64,000 bases of DNA, from assembly GCA_973895155.1 (NCBI GenBank), contig OZ316891.1, forward strand, positions 23,559,899-23,623,898, written 5' to 3'. Below are positions 1 through 13,038 of the stretch, piece after piece. Every line of letters starts with the position of its first letter. Within the stretch, counting starts at the first letter, position 1. Under the pieces are notes generated by a model. That model was not told the DNA's origin. It saw nothing but the letters and a program-made list of their open reading frames with translations, and made no database searches. The DNA comes from Marsupella aquatica (lineage: Eukaryota > Plantae > Marchantiophyta). The position numbers and the translations under genes were made by a program.

Positions 1-7
1 TAAACTA

Positions 8-2590
8 GTGGAAGCCGGATTTATCACTCCAGTCCTACATTCAGATTGGGTGTCTCCAATTGTGATAGTTCCCAAGAAAGCTGGACCCGATGGTAAACCC
101 AAGATCCGGGTTTGTCAGGATTACAGAAAGCTGAATGAAGCAACGTTAAAAGACCATTTTCCCTTACCCTTTACTGATATGGTACTAGACATGGTAGCCA
201 GTCATGAACTATATTCCTTCATGGATGGGTACTCTGGTTATAACCAAATCAGGATTCGGCAGGAAGACCAAATCAAGACGGCCTTCATCACGGAATGGGG
301 GATCTATGTCTTCAATCGTATGCCGTTTGGACTTTGCAACGCACCAGCTATGTTCCAACGATTGATGGTGAACATTTTTCATGATTACTTGAGAAAGTTC
401 ATGGAAATCTTCATTGATGACTTTGCAGTATTTGGGAAGGCATCGAAACATGCTAAATATCTCAGGAAAACCTTCATGAGATGCAAAGAGGTAGGTCTCA
501 AGTTACACCCAGATAAATGTTTCTTTGCAGTAACCGAGGGGGTGCTACTAGGTCACAAGGTATCAAAGAAGGGCATTGAGATTGACAAAGGTAAGCTAGC
601 AGTATGGCTTGACATCATGCAACCTAAGAACATAAAGGATGTAAGATCCTTCTTAGGCTGCATTGGGTATTATCGTAGGTTTATTAAAGATTTTGCCAAG
701 CTAGCTTTACCATTAACCAACATGCTCAAGGCAGGGGCAGACTTTGAACCCACACCCGAACGAGTCACAGCGGTGGTAGAATTGAAGCAGATGTTAGTTG
801 AGGCCCCAGTCATGATAGCACCGGACTGGAACAAAGATTTTCATGTTTTTGTAGATGTCTCGGGCTTCTGTATCGGCTCAGTACTAAGTCAGTTGGATGA
901 GAAAGGAAGGGACCATCCCATATACTTTGCAAGCCGTCAGCTGGCCGATGCCGAACGGAACTACTCCACCACAGAAAGAGAAGCATTAGGAGTCATTTAT
1001 TCCTGTAAAAAGTTTAGGCATTATTTGCTAGGTTACAAGGTCATCTTTCATACCGATCATGAAAGTTTGAAGTACCTAGTCAATAAACCAGACCTTACAG
1101 GCAGAGTAGCAAGATGGATTTTGCTATTACAGGAGTTTGACTACGAGCTAAAGATCAAGCCAGGAAAGTTACATGCCAATGCCGACTTCTTCTCAAGGAT
1201 CACAGGTGAACCAGCCACGGATTGCATCGATGATCAATTTCCCGACGAGGAACTATTCATTGTGGACTTAGCTGAAACATGGTACCCTGAGATTTTACAA
1301 TTTCTCAGCACGTCTAGATTACAGCTAGGGCTAACCCGAGAACAAGCCGCAGTCTTTTTACGGAAGGTCAGACAGTATCAGTGCATTAAAGGCATACTGC
1401 ACAAGCATGGAATCAACGGCACGATTCAAAGATGTTTGGAAAAGGGAGAGGTAAAACGAGTCTTACGGGCTATGCATGGAGAAGAGGCCGGAGGACATTT
1501 TGCCCCAGTAACCACGGCTAAAAAGATATTAAATGCCGGTTACTGGTGGCCTACCTTGCACAGGGATGTCTATCAGTTTATCAAACAATGCAATCCTTGT
1601 CAGCGAGCAGGAGGACCAAGGGCGTCCACCAGACATCCACTGCACCCTATTCTACCTCTGGCACCATTCGAAAAGTGGGGTATTGATTACATCGGACCTC
1701 TGAAACCACTGACCCACCCTCGACGAAACAAGTACATCATCCTGGCTACGGATCATGCAACTAAGTGGGTGGAGGCCAGGCCGACCACGAAGGATGATGC
1801 AATTACTACGGCTAGATTCATGTATGAGCAGATCTTCACCAGGTATGGGGCACCCCTAGAATTAGTTAGTGATAGAGGAACCCATTTTTTGAATGATATA
1901 ATTAGTCGTTTAAATGAACAGTATTTAGTTAGACATAGGCCTACTACTCCTTACCACCCAAAGGCAAATGGATTGACAGAACGAGCCAATGGAATTATAG
2001 GAAAGATATTGAACAAGACAGTAGCTCAGAACAAACTCGATTGGGATGATAAATTGTTTGCTGTTGTTTTTGCTTACAATTTAGCTTATAAATCCACTAC
2101 CGGTCATACACCATTCTTCTTAACCTTTGGACAAGAAGCCTTGGTACCCATGCAACTTGAGATACCGACATTTCAAGTTACAATTGAGGAAAGAGCCTCA
2201 GCGGAGGAGAGCCTAAAAGAGCGAGAATATAGATTAGAAGCTTTAGAGGAGGCGAGAATGATTTCAACCGAGAGAGTAGAATATAGGCAGAATATCATGA
2301 AGCAGCAGTATGATAAAAAGTTGAAAGTAGTTAGTATTCACACCAGTGATCTTGTGTTACTTTATGACAGTAGGTATAGTAGGTTTCCAGGGAAGCTTTA
2401 CACTCGCTGGTTAGGACCCTTTAGAGTAACCATGAAGTTCTCCAATGGCTCTGTACAATTGGCCAACATTACGGGAGAAGTGTATCCAGTTCATATTCAC
2501 TACGACCGCCTCAAGAAATACTATATGGACGAAGATGAAGTTGTTCGCAAGGACGCTTCACAATTAAGTGGGGAGCTATGTGATGCCTAG
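8..2590 (+). CDS. pol: Gypsy Pol (partial): reverse transcriptase, RNase H, integrase
   Basis: RT motifs DYRKLN, MPFGLCNAP, FIDD; RNase H DVSG...YFASR...ERE; HHCC finger (H..HF..C..CQ); DDE core GIDY/SDRG/ERAN; GPF motif; no chromodomain. Stop codon lies inside the LTR start. Confidence 0.96.
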   Translation: MEAGFITPVLHSDWVSPIVIVPKKAGPDGKPKIRVCQDYRKLNEATLKDHFPLPFTDMVLDMVASHELYSFMDGYSGYNQIRIRQEDQIKTAFITEWGIYVFNRMPFGLCNAPAMFQRLMVNIFHDYLRKFMEIFIDDFAVFGKASKHAKYLRKTFMRCKEVGLKLHPDKCFFAVTEGVLLGHKVSKKGIEIDKGKLAVWLDIMQPKNIKDVRSFLGCIGYYRRFIKDFAKLALPLTNMLKAGADFEPTPERVTAVVELKQMLVEAPVMIAPDWNKDFHVFVDVSGFCIGSVLSQLDEKGRDHPIYFASRQLADAERNYSTTEREALGVIYSCKKFRHYLLGYKVIFHTDHESLKYLVNKPDLTGRVARWILLLQEFDYELKIKPGKLHANADFFSRITGEPATDCIDDQFPDEELFIVDLAETWYPEILQFLSTSRLQLGLTREQAAVFLRKVRQYQCIKGILHKHGINGTIQRCLEKGEVKRVLRAMHGEEAGGHFAPVTTAKKILNAGYWWPTLHRDVYQFIKQCNPCQRAGGPRASTRHPLHPILPLAPFEKWGIDYIGPLKPLTHPRRNKYIILATDHATKWVEARPTTKDDAITTARFMYEQIFTRYGAPLELVSDRGTHFLNDIISRLNEQYLVRHRPTTPYHPKANGLTERANGIIGKILNKTVAQNKLDWDDKLFAVVFAYNLAYKSTTGHTPFFLTFGQEALVPMQLEIPTFQVTIEERASAEESLKEREYRLEALEEARMISTERVEYRQNIMKQQYDKKLKVVSIHTSDLVLLYDSRYSRFPGKLYTRWLGPFRVTMKFSNGSVQLANITGEVYPVHIHYDRLKKYYMDEDEVVRKDASQLSGELCDA
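2566..2575 (+). other. Polypurine tract
   Basis: AAGTGGGGAG 3 nt upstream of the LTR TG at 2579. Confidence 0.75.
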
Positions 2591-5500
2591 CCAGGAATCA
2601 CTCGGCCAGTTAAGGGGGTAAAGCAGGAATACACCCTCGAAACACCTTAGTATAGGGACAAAACAAGAAAAATATAAACAATTAGGGGCAACTATGGAAC
2701 CCGGGCCGAGGCCGGAGGTAAGAACGCTGGGGGTGAAAACTCGATTAGGGTTAGGGCGTGCTAAGCGTCAGCGGCTGGGAAGGATCAACGGGAGGAAGGA
2801 CCGGAGGAGGAGAGGGATAAGGAGCGCTTGCAGGAGACGGTGGCTCATTTGCGAGCAGGAACTAGGCAGACGACTACGGGAAGCCAACTACTGTCAGCTG
2901 CTTAGGCAAGCACTCGGGGAGGGAGTAGATACCAACGATCAACCTAAGGAGGGTATGAGCAACGTCAATCAAGCGGCACATTTCTGGGGATGCCTGTTCG
3001 AACGGGCAACTGAGTACATCAAGACTTACGAGGACAAAGAATCAGAAAGAGCAGCTCGAGAACGACAGGAGCTCGCTAGATTGTGGGAGCTGCAGAAAAC
3101 AGCTTTCTTAGGAGGCGAACTCATCAAGGCCGAGTTCTTGTGGACTCCTACTTCCAATCAGCTTGACGATCTTCTGTTTTGCAAAGACAGCATCATCGGC
3201 ATCCGAGAGGCCATCAAGAACTGCAACGACATACACTGGGAATTAAAGGGTAGCACAGAAAGGTGGACCCAGGCAACAGTGCTAGGAGAAACCTCCACGG
3301 CAGCTGAGATGAAGAGGAAGGGAGTCGTCAACGATGAAGCCACCCTGGCCAAAAGAACAAGGTTGGCGGCACCAAAGAAACCAGCCGGACAGCAGAGCAG
3401 GAGGCAGAGCGAAGCCGAGGAGGAGGAAAGCGACCCCATCAACGCCATTCCAACCAGGGATGACACCTGGAAGGGCTGGGCGGCAACTCTACCAGTGGAG
3501 GTGCAATTACATTTTGCACGGGAGGAGGATGCATGCTTTACGGCCATGCAGACCAAGAAGTACCAAGGCTTCATGGCCGGATCCGGCTTGGAAGCCTTTG
3601 TAAGATTACCATGGCTGAAGCCGGAGGTGCCGGATTCAGACCTATTAGAATTCGTTGGGTCATGGGAACCCGAGACCAATTGCACGAGGATATATGGGAA
3701 GGATTTCTATCTTACTCCCAAGGTGATTGCCGAAGTATTTGGCTTGCCGATAGGCAATAAAACCAAGGTTGATACCAGGAAGACCTTGCCTGACAAAGAG
3801 TTCCGGTCGTTCCCCGGACCATCAACGAAGAATGGCTTCTTCCGGAACACCTGTACCAACCCGCACATTGGAGAGATGATCGACTTCTTGCGGGTAACCA
3901 TGCATTGTAACTTGCCGAGGGCAGAGATCGGCAAGGCACAGGTCTATCTGGCAGAGAGACCAGACCCAAGCCGGGACTACAACGGGTACCTCCTCAGCCA
4001 ATTGAAGAAAATCTTGAAGGAGGAGCAGCAGGTAATCGGCGTGGGAAGCGTATCGCGGCTTGGCTATCACATGCCGCTGTTGTGCCGGTATGCCAGAGGT
4101 TAGACCTTTGCCCCGGTACTTCCCCTACAGGCAAGGGCACCAGTTCCGGAACAGAGACAGGCAACTGAGAAACCCAAACCGCCCGACAGTCCTACAATCG
4201 ACCAGGTGTTTAGACCAAGAATGGAGGACTTGCCAATGCAGCAACCAGGCATGCAGAGTCTGCTGAAGCTGCTGGAGAAAGAAAAGAGATCGGCATCGGC
4301 AATGACAACGGCAGCGGCAACAATGCAGGACACTGCCCCAGAGGTCAACTTAAGCAGACTTAGAAGGGAAGACCCCTCTACCGGAGTCTCAAGCTCTGAA
4401 TCTGAGGCATAATTGCTGGAAGCTCCTACCAACGAAGAAGAGAGGGAGAAGCCGGAAGTAGAAGAAGTAGAGGAGGCAGTGGAGGACTGCGGCCATGATA
4501 ACTCCGGCTATGGGTCGGACCATCACGTTCCAGGAGTGAGGACCTGTGGCCGGTTTATCCCCACACTTCCAAGGGTAGTACGAGGGGACCCCAACCAGCA
4601 GAGTAGCCCTGAGTCTCCTCCACCAGATGTTGCTCCCCCGAGCTTTGACGGCATAAAACAGACGGCGCTGGAATTTCAGGAGCGAATCAGGCAGGAAGAG
4701 GAAGCAGCCCTGGCTAGGGAAAAGCATTTACCAGGAGGAGATTGGCCGGAGGACATTAGGCGGCTAGCCGAAAAAGGAAGCAAACCTCTAGCCACGATTG
4801 AAGAGACCCGCAAGACGGCTTGGGAGCAGAGGTCGCGATGGGCGATGCCGATCACTTCTACTTACTCCACCTACGCTAAGAATAGAGCCAGGGAGTATGG
4901 TGAGATGTGTGGGGAACTTGTGCTCGGCATCTTTGGGGAGGAATTGGAGGTAGGACCCTTTTTCCATAGGGAGCAGTTGGAGTAGCGCCAATTGGAAGAA
5001 GCGCTGGCCTTGGAAAGAAGCAAGAAGGACGAGGTCATTTGTCGGCTTAGGGAAAGGGAAGCCGAAATCAAGGACCTGAGGGCGGCCAAGAAAGCCCAAG
5101 ATGAGCTGCGGATTAAGCGGCATGAGCTAAATATCATGCAGGGCCAGTTGGATGCCGCACAATCTGATAACCGGATGATCGAGAATCTACTGACGCGGAC
5201 CCAAGGAGAGTTGGCCGATGCGATCAAAGAGAGGGAGAAGTGGAAGCAAGAGCTGAGGAATGCAGAGGAGGCCCACATAACAGCTAACAACCGGGCCATG
5301 GCGGAGACCCAAAGAAAGGAACGGGCGTTGAAAGGGGAGCTCGAGAAAAGCTGCGGAGCCCTTGAGCAGAAGGAGGCCGAGTTAGGGAAATCCTATCAAG
5401 GGATTATTGCGCTGCAGCAGGAGCTTGCGTCCCTAACGGCCACCTTCAAAGCCAACCTAAGGGAGAAGGACGATATGCTCGATCAGACTTATGCCAAGAT

Positions 5501-7149
5501 GAACCAGATGGAGTCTGTCATCATTGCAGAGCTCGACAAGGAGCTAAGAGCAACCCGGGAGGAGAGGGCTACCTTGAAGAAGGAATTGGAGGAAGCCCAC
5601 AGGGAGCAGGAGGAGGCCAAAAACGAGCTAGGGGGCACGTAAGGACCTGGATGAGACCCAAGAGGAGTTGGAGGAAATCACGAGGAAGATGGAGAACCTA
5701 CAGTGGCGGGCCGACAACCAAACAGAGCGGCTGAAGAAACAAGCCGCAGTATTTAAATGCTTAGCTGCAGCAGGTCCATCTCCCGTTGGGGCGAACCAGT
5801 TACCAGGGGTGGTAATTGCCGAAGGACAAGCCGCGCCACCTGCACCCGTGTCGGAAGTAAGTGGGAAGGGGAAGGGACCAGCTGCCGAGCCAGCGATGAA
5901 GAAGAAGCGGAAACCTTCAGGGTCAAGGAGTAATATGACTCCACAGGCCGTGGTGATCAAGGAGGTAGACCCAGCACCGACCCGAGACAGGGTCACGGCT
6001 AAGGATCCAACTACCCTAGAAGAAGGGGAAGCCGAAGCCGTGGGAGTGGCTGAGGCCGAAGCCGTGGGTATTGCCGAGGCCGGTGTCGAGGCCGAAGCCG
6101 AAGGTGGACCCAGTCAGGCCGAGGGAGAGTTGACTCGGTCAAGGGCAGGTAATCTGTCAGTAGGCGGGCCAACGGCAGTGGCTGAGGAGGAAGTGTTGGG
6201 GGCGTCCATTGAGGATCCACCACCGGTGTCGTGACGGTGCAAGGGCGCCGTTCCTTTTAGAAAGGGCGGACGTGGAGGTAGGAGGCGTGAGTGGGCCGGG
6301 CGGGCGCTGATCTCCAAGTTTAAGATTAGGATCAGGACCAGGAGCGGCCCTAACACTTAGCTTAGTGGGATTGCGGTTCCACTGGTAGGAGCAACACTTG
6401 TGCTCCTGCCTTGCTGTACATAGGTAGATTCGGGCAAGTAGATTATTGTCAGGTAGGTTAGGCTTACGCTGCAAAGAATTAGGCGGATCCACTACCAGGA
6501 TAAGTACTTGGGCAGCGGGGAGCTCAGGGCCTCTTCTTTAGCAAGTTTTTAGTTTGCACCAGCCGGGCTGGGATCAAGTAGTAAGAGAAGCTCTCGGTTA
6601 GTTATACCGTGACCTTGTGTATATTCATGTTTCCTCATGCCTAAGAGCTGAATAGAGTTGGCCTCACGGCTTAGTTCGCAGAGCTTGTGTATGAGATGTA
6701 CTGTTTGTATGGCAAGTGCATGGTATGACTCAGTCAGAAGGAGTCATTTTACTATTTGTGTGTCGCATTAACTTGTGTGAAGAGTGCCCACATCAACTAA
6801 TAGGGAAAGGAAAGTAAGCAAGGGAGTGAGAGTTGGATGTGTCGAGCTGAGAGAGGTCTTAGCGGCTTAACCAAGCCTATTGGGGATCATTCCGGCGGCG
6901 GAATCCAAACATACCTAACAAGAAGGAGAGGTAGACAAGGGAAGGCCTAGAGTAGGCCGGCTTCATATCTCATGACCCGATGAAGGATCTGTCCAGTATA
7001 TGTGTGTAAAATGTTAATAGATGTAGAAGAGGTTAGCAGCGTCCCATGCCGCTAAGCCACGGAAACAGCCCCGCCAAGCGCGAAACCTGCGGGAATCGGC
7101 TTGTGCTGGGGGGGTTTCTTGGGTTTAGGGAGCCATGGGACGCACCACA
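2579..7149 (+). repeat. Family A 3' LTR (4571 bp), contains a long ORF
   Basis: TGTGATGC / GCACCACA imperfect inverted ends; same boundaries as 33529-38200. Confidence 0.9.
2694..6234 (+). pseudogene. LTR-internal ORF (PMD/Transposase_32-like domain plus coiled coil), interrupted by several stops and a frameshift
   Basis: Collinear with the 945-aa ORF at 34442; stops at about 4101, 4410, 4983 and 5640. Confidence 0.85.
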
Positions 7150-8331
7150 ACAGTCCTCACCCAGCCCGCTTCAATGCACCCTGTACACCTCTCAGTGGCG
7201 CTGCTAGTCCCATCATACACTCAGATTGCCTCACACACACACACATCCATGAGAGAAATGAGGCCTGAGAGGAAAACTCAATTAGATTCAAAGATGTGCA
7301 CAATAGTTCACTGAGAACACTTGATCCGAACACTAGGGCCGAAGGCTGTCTCCTCCAGATTGTGGCGTGCTTGCCCTGCAAGCCCCATGCTTGCCATGCA
7401 AGCTCAATCCTGAACTTGAGCCCGGCTCACTCCAGATTGCGACGGTAGATTGGACTCAAACCAATCCCGTACTTGCCTTGCAAACTCAATCCTGAACTCA
7501 ACCTCCTTCACTGCACTTCATTCTTGGGGGCACATACAGATCTCACACCTCCAATTCAGAACGTCAAGTTACGCACACATAGTTGACTCGACTTCAAAGC
7601 TCGTACCAGGCCTAATGGGGGTATGATAGCCATGACAGAAAACAGAAAACAGAAAACCTGTTACCAAGGGTTTATTTTCTGTTAACAGGGAAATTGTACC
7701 TGTTACCAGTAAGCTTGTCCCTGTTACCAGTTTTGCCTGAACCATAACGTGCATATCCACCACTCTAAGGTGCATATCCACCACTCTAATGGCATAATTT
7801 TTTGGGGGGCAATAAAGTTTAAAACAAACAATTATTTTGTGCCATCTGATGGATGAAGTGTACTATCAATCCTCCATTGACACAACAATTTATTGTAGAA
7901 GATAAAAAACATGGTATTAGGAGTGTGCCTAAAGAAACATTCATGCAAATCAATCTATTTTCATCGCCAAATAGTGACCCTTAGAGTGGGACCCACCATA
8001 GCACATGTCAATCGTGGAGTCCAAATCAACCCAATCTAAAGGAGTTGATTAAATGGACCTTCAAACGTCACAAACAAATGACAAATCACATCCTCGAGGC
8101 TTTGAAGACAGTAGACAATTTAATCAACTTACAAATTTTAAATAAAACAAGAGGTCATTCTTCCACAATGCACGTACATAATGAAGCAATGAATATCCGG
8201 TTTCCTAGAACTAGCGCCCGGCGCTAACCAACAAAGTCTCAATAAAACAACTAAAATATCTGTTGGAAAAAGACAAAATAGGGAATAACCGTTATATTGA
8301 ACGACGACCTATTGGGCAGTTTCGATCTCTC

Positions 8332-11300
8332 TCATAAGCCATTCAAGTTCTGCCTCTCCAGCACAAGCCTGACTTCGCCTAAAGTCAAAATAGGTTGGCT
8401 ACAAAGAGTCGACTCCTCAATCTCAAGTTTGAAAACATTTATGTACACCCAGTATAGATGTTTGCAAGGCATGTACGACTTGCCACGCGAATGTCGGAGG
8501 AAGAAGTCTTCACAAGAGCAAGCGGGGAAGATACAGATTTGGACAAAGTATGTGCTTGGTGATCGATGGTTCTCATGGGTTCGAATTCGAAATTGCTTTC
8601 CAAAAGCATTTCCGGTCTGAACATTCCATTCCCCATCCAAACTCATCACTTCTTGTCGTGCAGACTCCATTCGCTTTGTGTGACCCACAGTGAGATTAGA
8701 CCGAGGCCTTGAGTTCCTCCCATTCCGACTACCAAGTTGGAGATTTGGCTCCAAAAACCTTATTGTTTCTGGGAACACGTTAACATTTATCCTGAGGTCA
8801 AAAGCAGATGGCGCAGATCGACTCAATCCTGTTGTTCGCGCTAAGACAAGTCCTTGCTCTTCCAAGAATGTAATTTCAGGAGACAGGCTCGTGCCCTTCA
8901 GAACAGGCAAAATGTCAGGAAAAGGAGGAAGCTTCTGAACACCACGACGCGGATGACTCTTGTAACACGCTTGGTTTGGGCAAAACCAAATCATTTCGGA
9001 GATGGGTTCGCCCCTGAAGAGACGATGGCCCTTCACGACAATTCCGACAACACCTTCAGACGAATGGAAGCCAACCTTCTTGATACGATTTCGACACTCA
9101 TCGCGATCCAAACTCCCATTCAGTGTACCATTGCATTGCAGACCTGCTCCATACTTCGATGTCCGTTGCAACTGCCACTGCCCCGGAGGGACATCCTTCT
9201 CTAGCACAATCGTGCATGGAAGTTGATTCTGAAGTGCTGCTGGGGCACTGAGCGGAGGTTTTGAGGATCTTGTTGTTTGGGTTGTTTGAGGAGTATAGTC
9301 CAGTGAATCAGTATCACTCTCTGATGTGACCATACCTGAGAGATTCACCGCCTTTGTGACAGGATGATCAGAACTTGAGGGAATAGAAGAAAAGTCAGAT
9401 CTGTTCAGGTTCTTCCTTTTCAAACCACGAGTATTTGGTGTGGTTATTAGAACGGTGTCATGCCGATGAGAATCTTGTGGAGAGACAGTCCCAGTTGCAT
9501 GTCCCTTCCTCTTCATTGACTTCGTCATTATATCTCCATTCAGGGGAGTACTTCTTTCCAAATCGAATTCTGCTGCGTTAGATAGAAGCATATTAGTCGC
9601 TTCTTCAAACAATCTTGGCAAACCTGCTTGATCGGCGGAACGGAATGCCAATTCCCATATAGTTGGCCCCTTCCCCCGGTTCAAGCCTTTACGGTATGCA
9701 CTGTATCCGGCAACTTGAGACAGAGCACGGTTTTGGTCAACTTCGCAAGCTTCATAAAGACCGACCTTTTTCTTTGTAGCCGAGGCTTTCATGGACGCAT
9801 GCCTTGATTCTGACCCTGTACAGTTGGGGATCAAGGCACCTTCCTCAGCGCTTTTGCTCTGCCATACAAAAATGTCAACCGTAAGTAGTATTCTATTACC
9901 AGCGCCCGGCGCTGGCAACATAAATATGTAGAACAGGCCTGAAATACAATTTCAATGTTTAATACTGAATTCTAACTACATATTGGCTTCAATTTCTTGT
10001 ACTACTTGTTTTGACGTGTATGGAGAAAATAACCAGCGCCTGGCGCTAATATGAAGTTGATGAACATTACAGTCTAGATAGATGGATGCCTTACCACTCG
10101 AATAAAATTGCCCCACTGGCGCCAGCAAACAACCCACCAAGATATCCAGCTTTGCAGCATCTTCAGCTTTCCGGGGACACAGTTTCCTGATTGCCACCAC
10201 ACAACAATCTCTCGGGACACCCGGTATGCTGCCACAAATGATGGAGCATTTCTCAGTTTCTCCCAAAGTCTCCGATGCTCCGATTGACATTCTTCCAGTA
10301 CTCCTTCCTTGGAATGACAATGAAAAGATTGATAAAAGTGAAATGCATCAGAGCGCTCCCTCTCCGGGTCCGGGTGTCCACAAAAAAAACATTTCGCACT
10401 GCATTCCATCCAACTTGTGCATTGTCGGCCATAAATCCTTGGATGACAACCTCCTGAAGTTCATTTTCTTTGCAAACCTCAATCATCACTCTCCATGCCT
10501 TTTCAAAAGACTCAGTGTCTTCACCTTTCAACTCGCATGTGAAAATTGTACACAGTGCACGGAAATTGTGGTCGTAGACGTGTGCGCTGAAAGTAAACCA
10601 ATCCGTGGTGACATGCTGCATCACATCGAAACTTACCCAGGCTCCTTTGAGTCTTCCACCCGATTGCATCTGCCTCAAAAGATCCACACCGGAACCGTGA
10701 CCTTTCACAGTCATTTTAAAGATGTGAGGCCTATCGTTCTGACATCCCTGACCTGGAAGCAAATACCTCTGGAGAAACGACACATGAATTTTCCTCTGCA
10801 TTTGCGAGGGAAAATCTAATTCACCCCGACCTTTTTGGTCTATCTAATGCTCCGACAAAGAGATGCAAACTTCTGCGGAGTGGAAAGGACCATCAAAGAC
10901 TTCCACATTTCAGTTTCTTCGATATCGACCATGTCGTCAACATGTTCGCAGAGAGATTTCACTAAGGACCCTGTAGCAGAATTCAAGATCCCTGCCGGTT
11001 TTGATAGAGGATTGGCTTCATGTTTTTTTTAATTAGATCCTCAGCTATCTTCTCCGCACTCCTACAGAAGGTTTTTCTACCTGGATGGTTGTGCTCACCT
11101 ATATGAATTGCCAGGCGGGACATATGACTACATGTTTCCGCATCAAGTAATACTTGGGGGTACATGTAAAACAAACGGGCAGGGCAGTACTTCACACAAA
11201 AAGGAATCTGTTCGTAGTAATGACAAACAACACCTCCCTCTTCGATGAAAGATCCCACAGCATACTGACCACTGAGCTTTGGAGTACCCTGCCATGCCTT

Positions 11301-12077
11301 AGCATTTGCCTTCTTCTTCCTTTGGAAATAGTCGCAGGACTTGTTCCTGCATTCAATGAATCCCGTACAGGTAACCTTCCCAAACTGCCAAAGGTTTTTA
11401 GGATGAATAGTTGCAGTTGTTGGAAATATGCGTGTCCAAATGTAACAATCTTTGGCACGATCCATGTCCCTAAGCCTAGAGCCTTTAGAGAGCATCTTAT
11501 CAATGGGCGACAACTCAAACACGATGTTACCATTGTACTTAGTTGGCAGACAGGACACTTGTTCATGCCTGAAATCACCCGCTGATATGAACCGTGCCAA
11601 CTCACTATGACCAATTGATTTGAGTAACGTATCCATCGCATTGCGCCGGTACACGACCTCCAACTGCTTAGAGCTTCCCGGAGTCTCAGCTTTCACGACA
11701 GCGGGGAGCGGGCTTTTCTTCTTCGACGGTGGACTTAGAGTACGATCTCCATCCTCACTTGAAGAAATCTCAACCACATCACATGGAACCGGCGGGAAAC
11801 TGGACAGTCCTGCATGCTATCTTAAACGAACCGAGTACGAGATCCCTGCGTAGAGATGCCAAAACCGTTCATCGTCATCGACATTGAACGTTGCAGCATC
11901 CTCGATATCATCAATGGATTTGAGCTCTTGAACAATGGCCTCAATGTCATTCATCTTCAAATCAAATCTCCCACAGAGATACCTCTCCCGGACCTGCTTG
12001 TACGTATCTTCCATGGGGACGGGGATAGTCACAATATCTTCAGAACTGAATCGAGAAAGAACGATAGACCGAGACAT
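8332..12077 (-). pseudogene. MULE-type DDE transposase with GCM/WRKY-like Zn domain and C-terminal SWIM finger; in-frame intron 9859-10094; stops and frameshifts
   Basis: C..C..C/CPAR..HIGEHNHP (GCM-like); FDVMQHV and FMADNAQVGWNAVR (first two D); DAFH (CxxH position); SESRH (E); SWIM CSCEDF..PCKHL. GT..AG intron restores frame. Confidence 0.82.
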
Positions 12078-13038
12078 GGTGAACAAAAACAAAAACCGAG
12101 GGCTATAGCGTTTGAAAGAAGAAAAGTTCATGGTATTGTTCAGCTTATATCTGTCGAACCTGGGAATTTGACGTTAACCGATCCGTTTGTATACGACATA
12201 AAACATTGACAATGGAGGATCTGTTGGCACCATAAATGATTTTTGTCATTTTTTCCCCGAGAAGTCCGGATGTCAGACACGAACATATTGCTAAAAAGAT
12301 CACCAACCTTACTTAAACAGACCATAAGATATGACAAGGTATTGTCAAATTTTAGTAGCGCCTGGCGCTAACTAAAATACGCCACTAAAAATGTGTCTGA
12401 AATCTCGACATTCCAAACTAGCGCCCGGCGCTAGTATAGAATAAATTCCCTGAAAATGAACATTATGACCACATACCAGGTGGTAATTGGGAATAAATGG
12501 TGCCTTCAAAGGATGGTTTTGATGGATTATGGATGATAAATGAACATTTATACTAGCGCCGGGCGCTAGTATTACATTTGAGAAATATTTCTCCGTAAAC
12601 GATGTACTGAAGGATACTTTAATAAAATATGGGGGTGGAAAGGCCAAAATTTATGTCATAGCTCCTTCCAAAAAGACCTCTAAATTTCTTCCAGTTTATA
12701 CTAGCGTCGGGCGCTATTATAAGCATACTCTAAATTGTTCACCTTGATGGTCATCATTAATGCTAGCGCCTGACGCTAGTATTGATATGATGTTAGGAAA
12801 TGTCTTTAACGGTAACATTCAACGGTAACTTATGACTTCCGTGTGTGTTACGCATCTTCTACCGTTTGATTTTGGTAATTAAACCTTCTGTATACAGACG
12901 TTGGAAACCGCCAAACACCAGAGCTAATGGATTTCCTCTAGGTTATGTCATCCTCCCGCTAGAATATATTACACGTTCAGAGATGATTATAGTTCCATAA
13001 TTTCATTGTACGACAGTTTGTACGCTTCTAGAAGAACG
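12078..13038. promoter_or_regulatory. Divergent promoter region between transposase and ParB-MTase gene
   Basis: AT-rich spacer between head-to-head ATGs, containing 5 palindrome copies. Confidence 0.55.

Larger units (their letters stand above)
1..7149 (+). mobile_element. Ty3/Gypsy LTR retrotransposon, family A copy 1 (5' part outside window)
   Basis: RT-RNaseH-integrase ORF, then PPT, then a TGTGATGC...GCACCACA-bounded LTR whose ends match those of the TSD-flanked copy at 33529-44370. Confidence 0.93.

Noticed and set aside
6640-7000. Hammerhead ribozyme (retrozyme) in the A LTR
   Set aside because: No complete CUGANGA..GAAA..UH core with flanking stems was found by eye
6235-7149. Conventional ~0.9-kb LTR starting after the extra ORF (env-like gene internal)
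   Set aside because: The PPT at 2566 and the ATTCC TSD at 33524 place the LTR start upstream of the ORF
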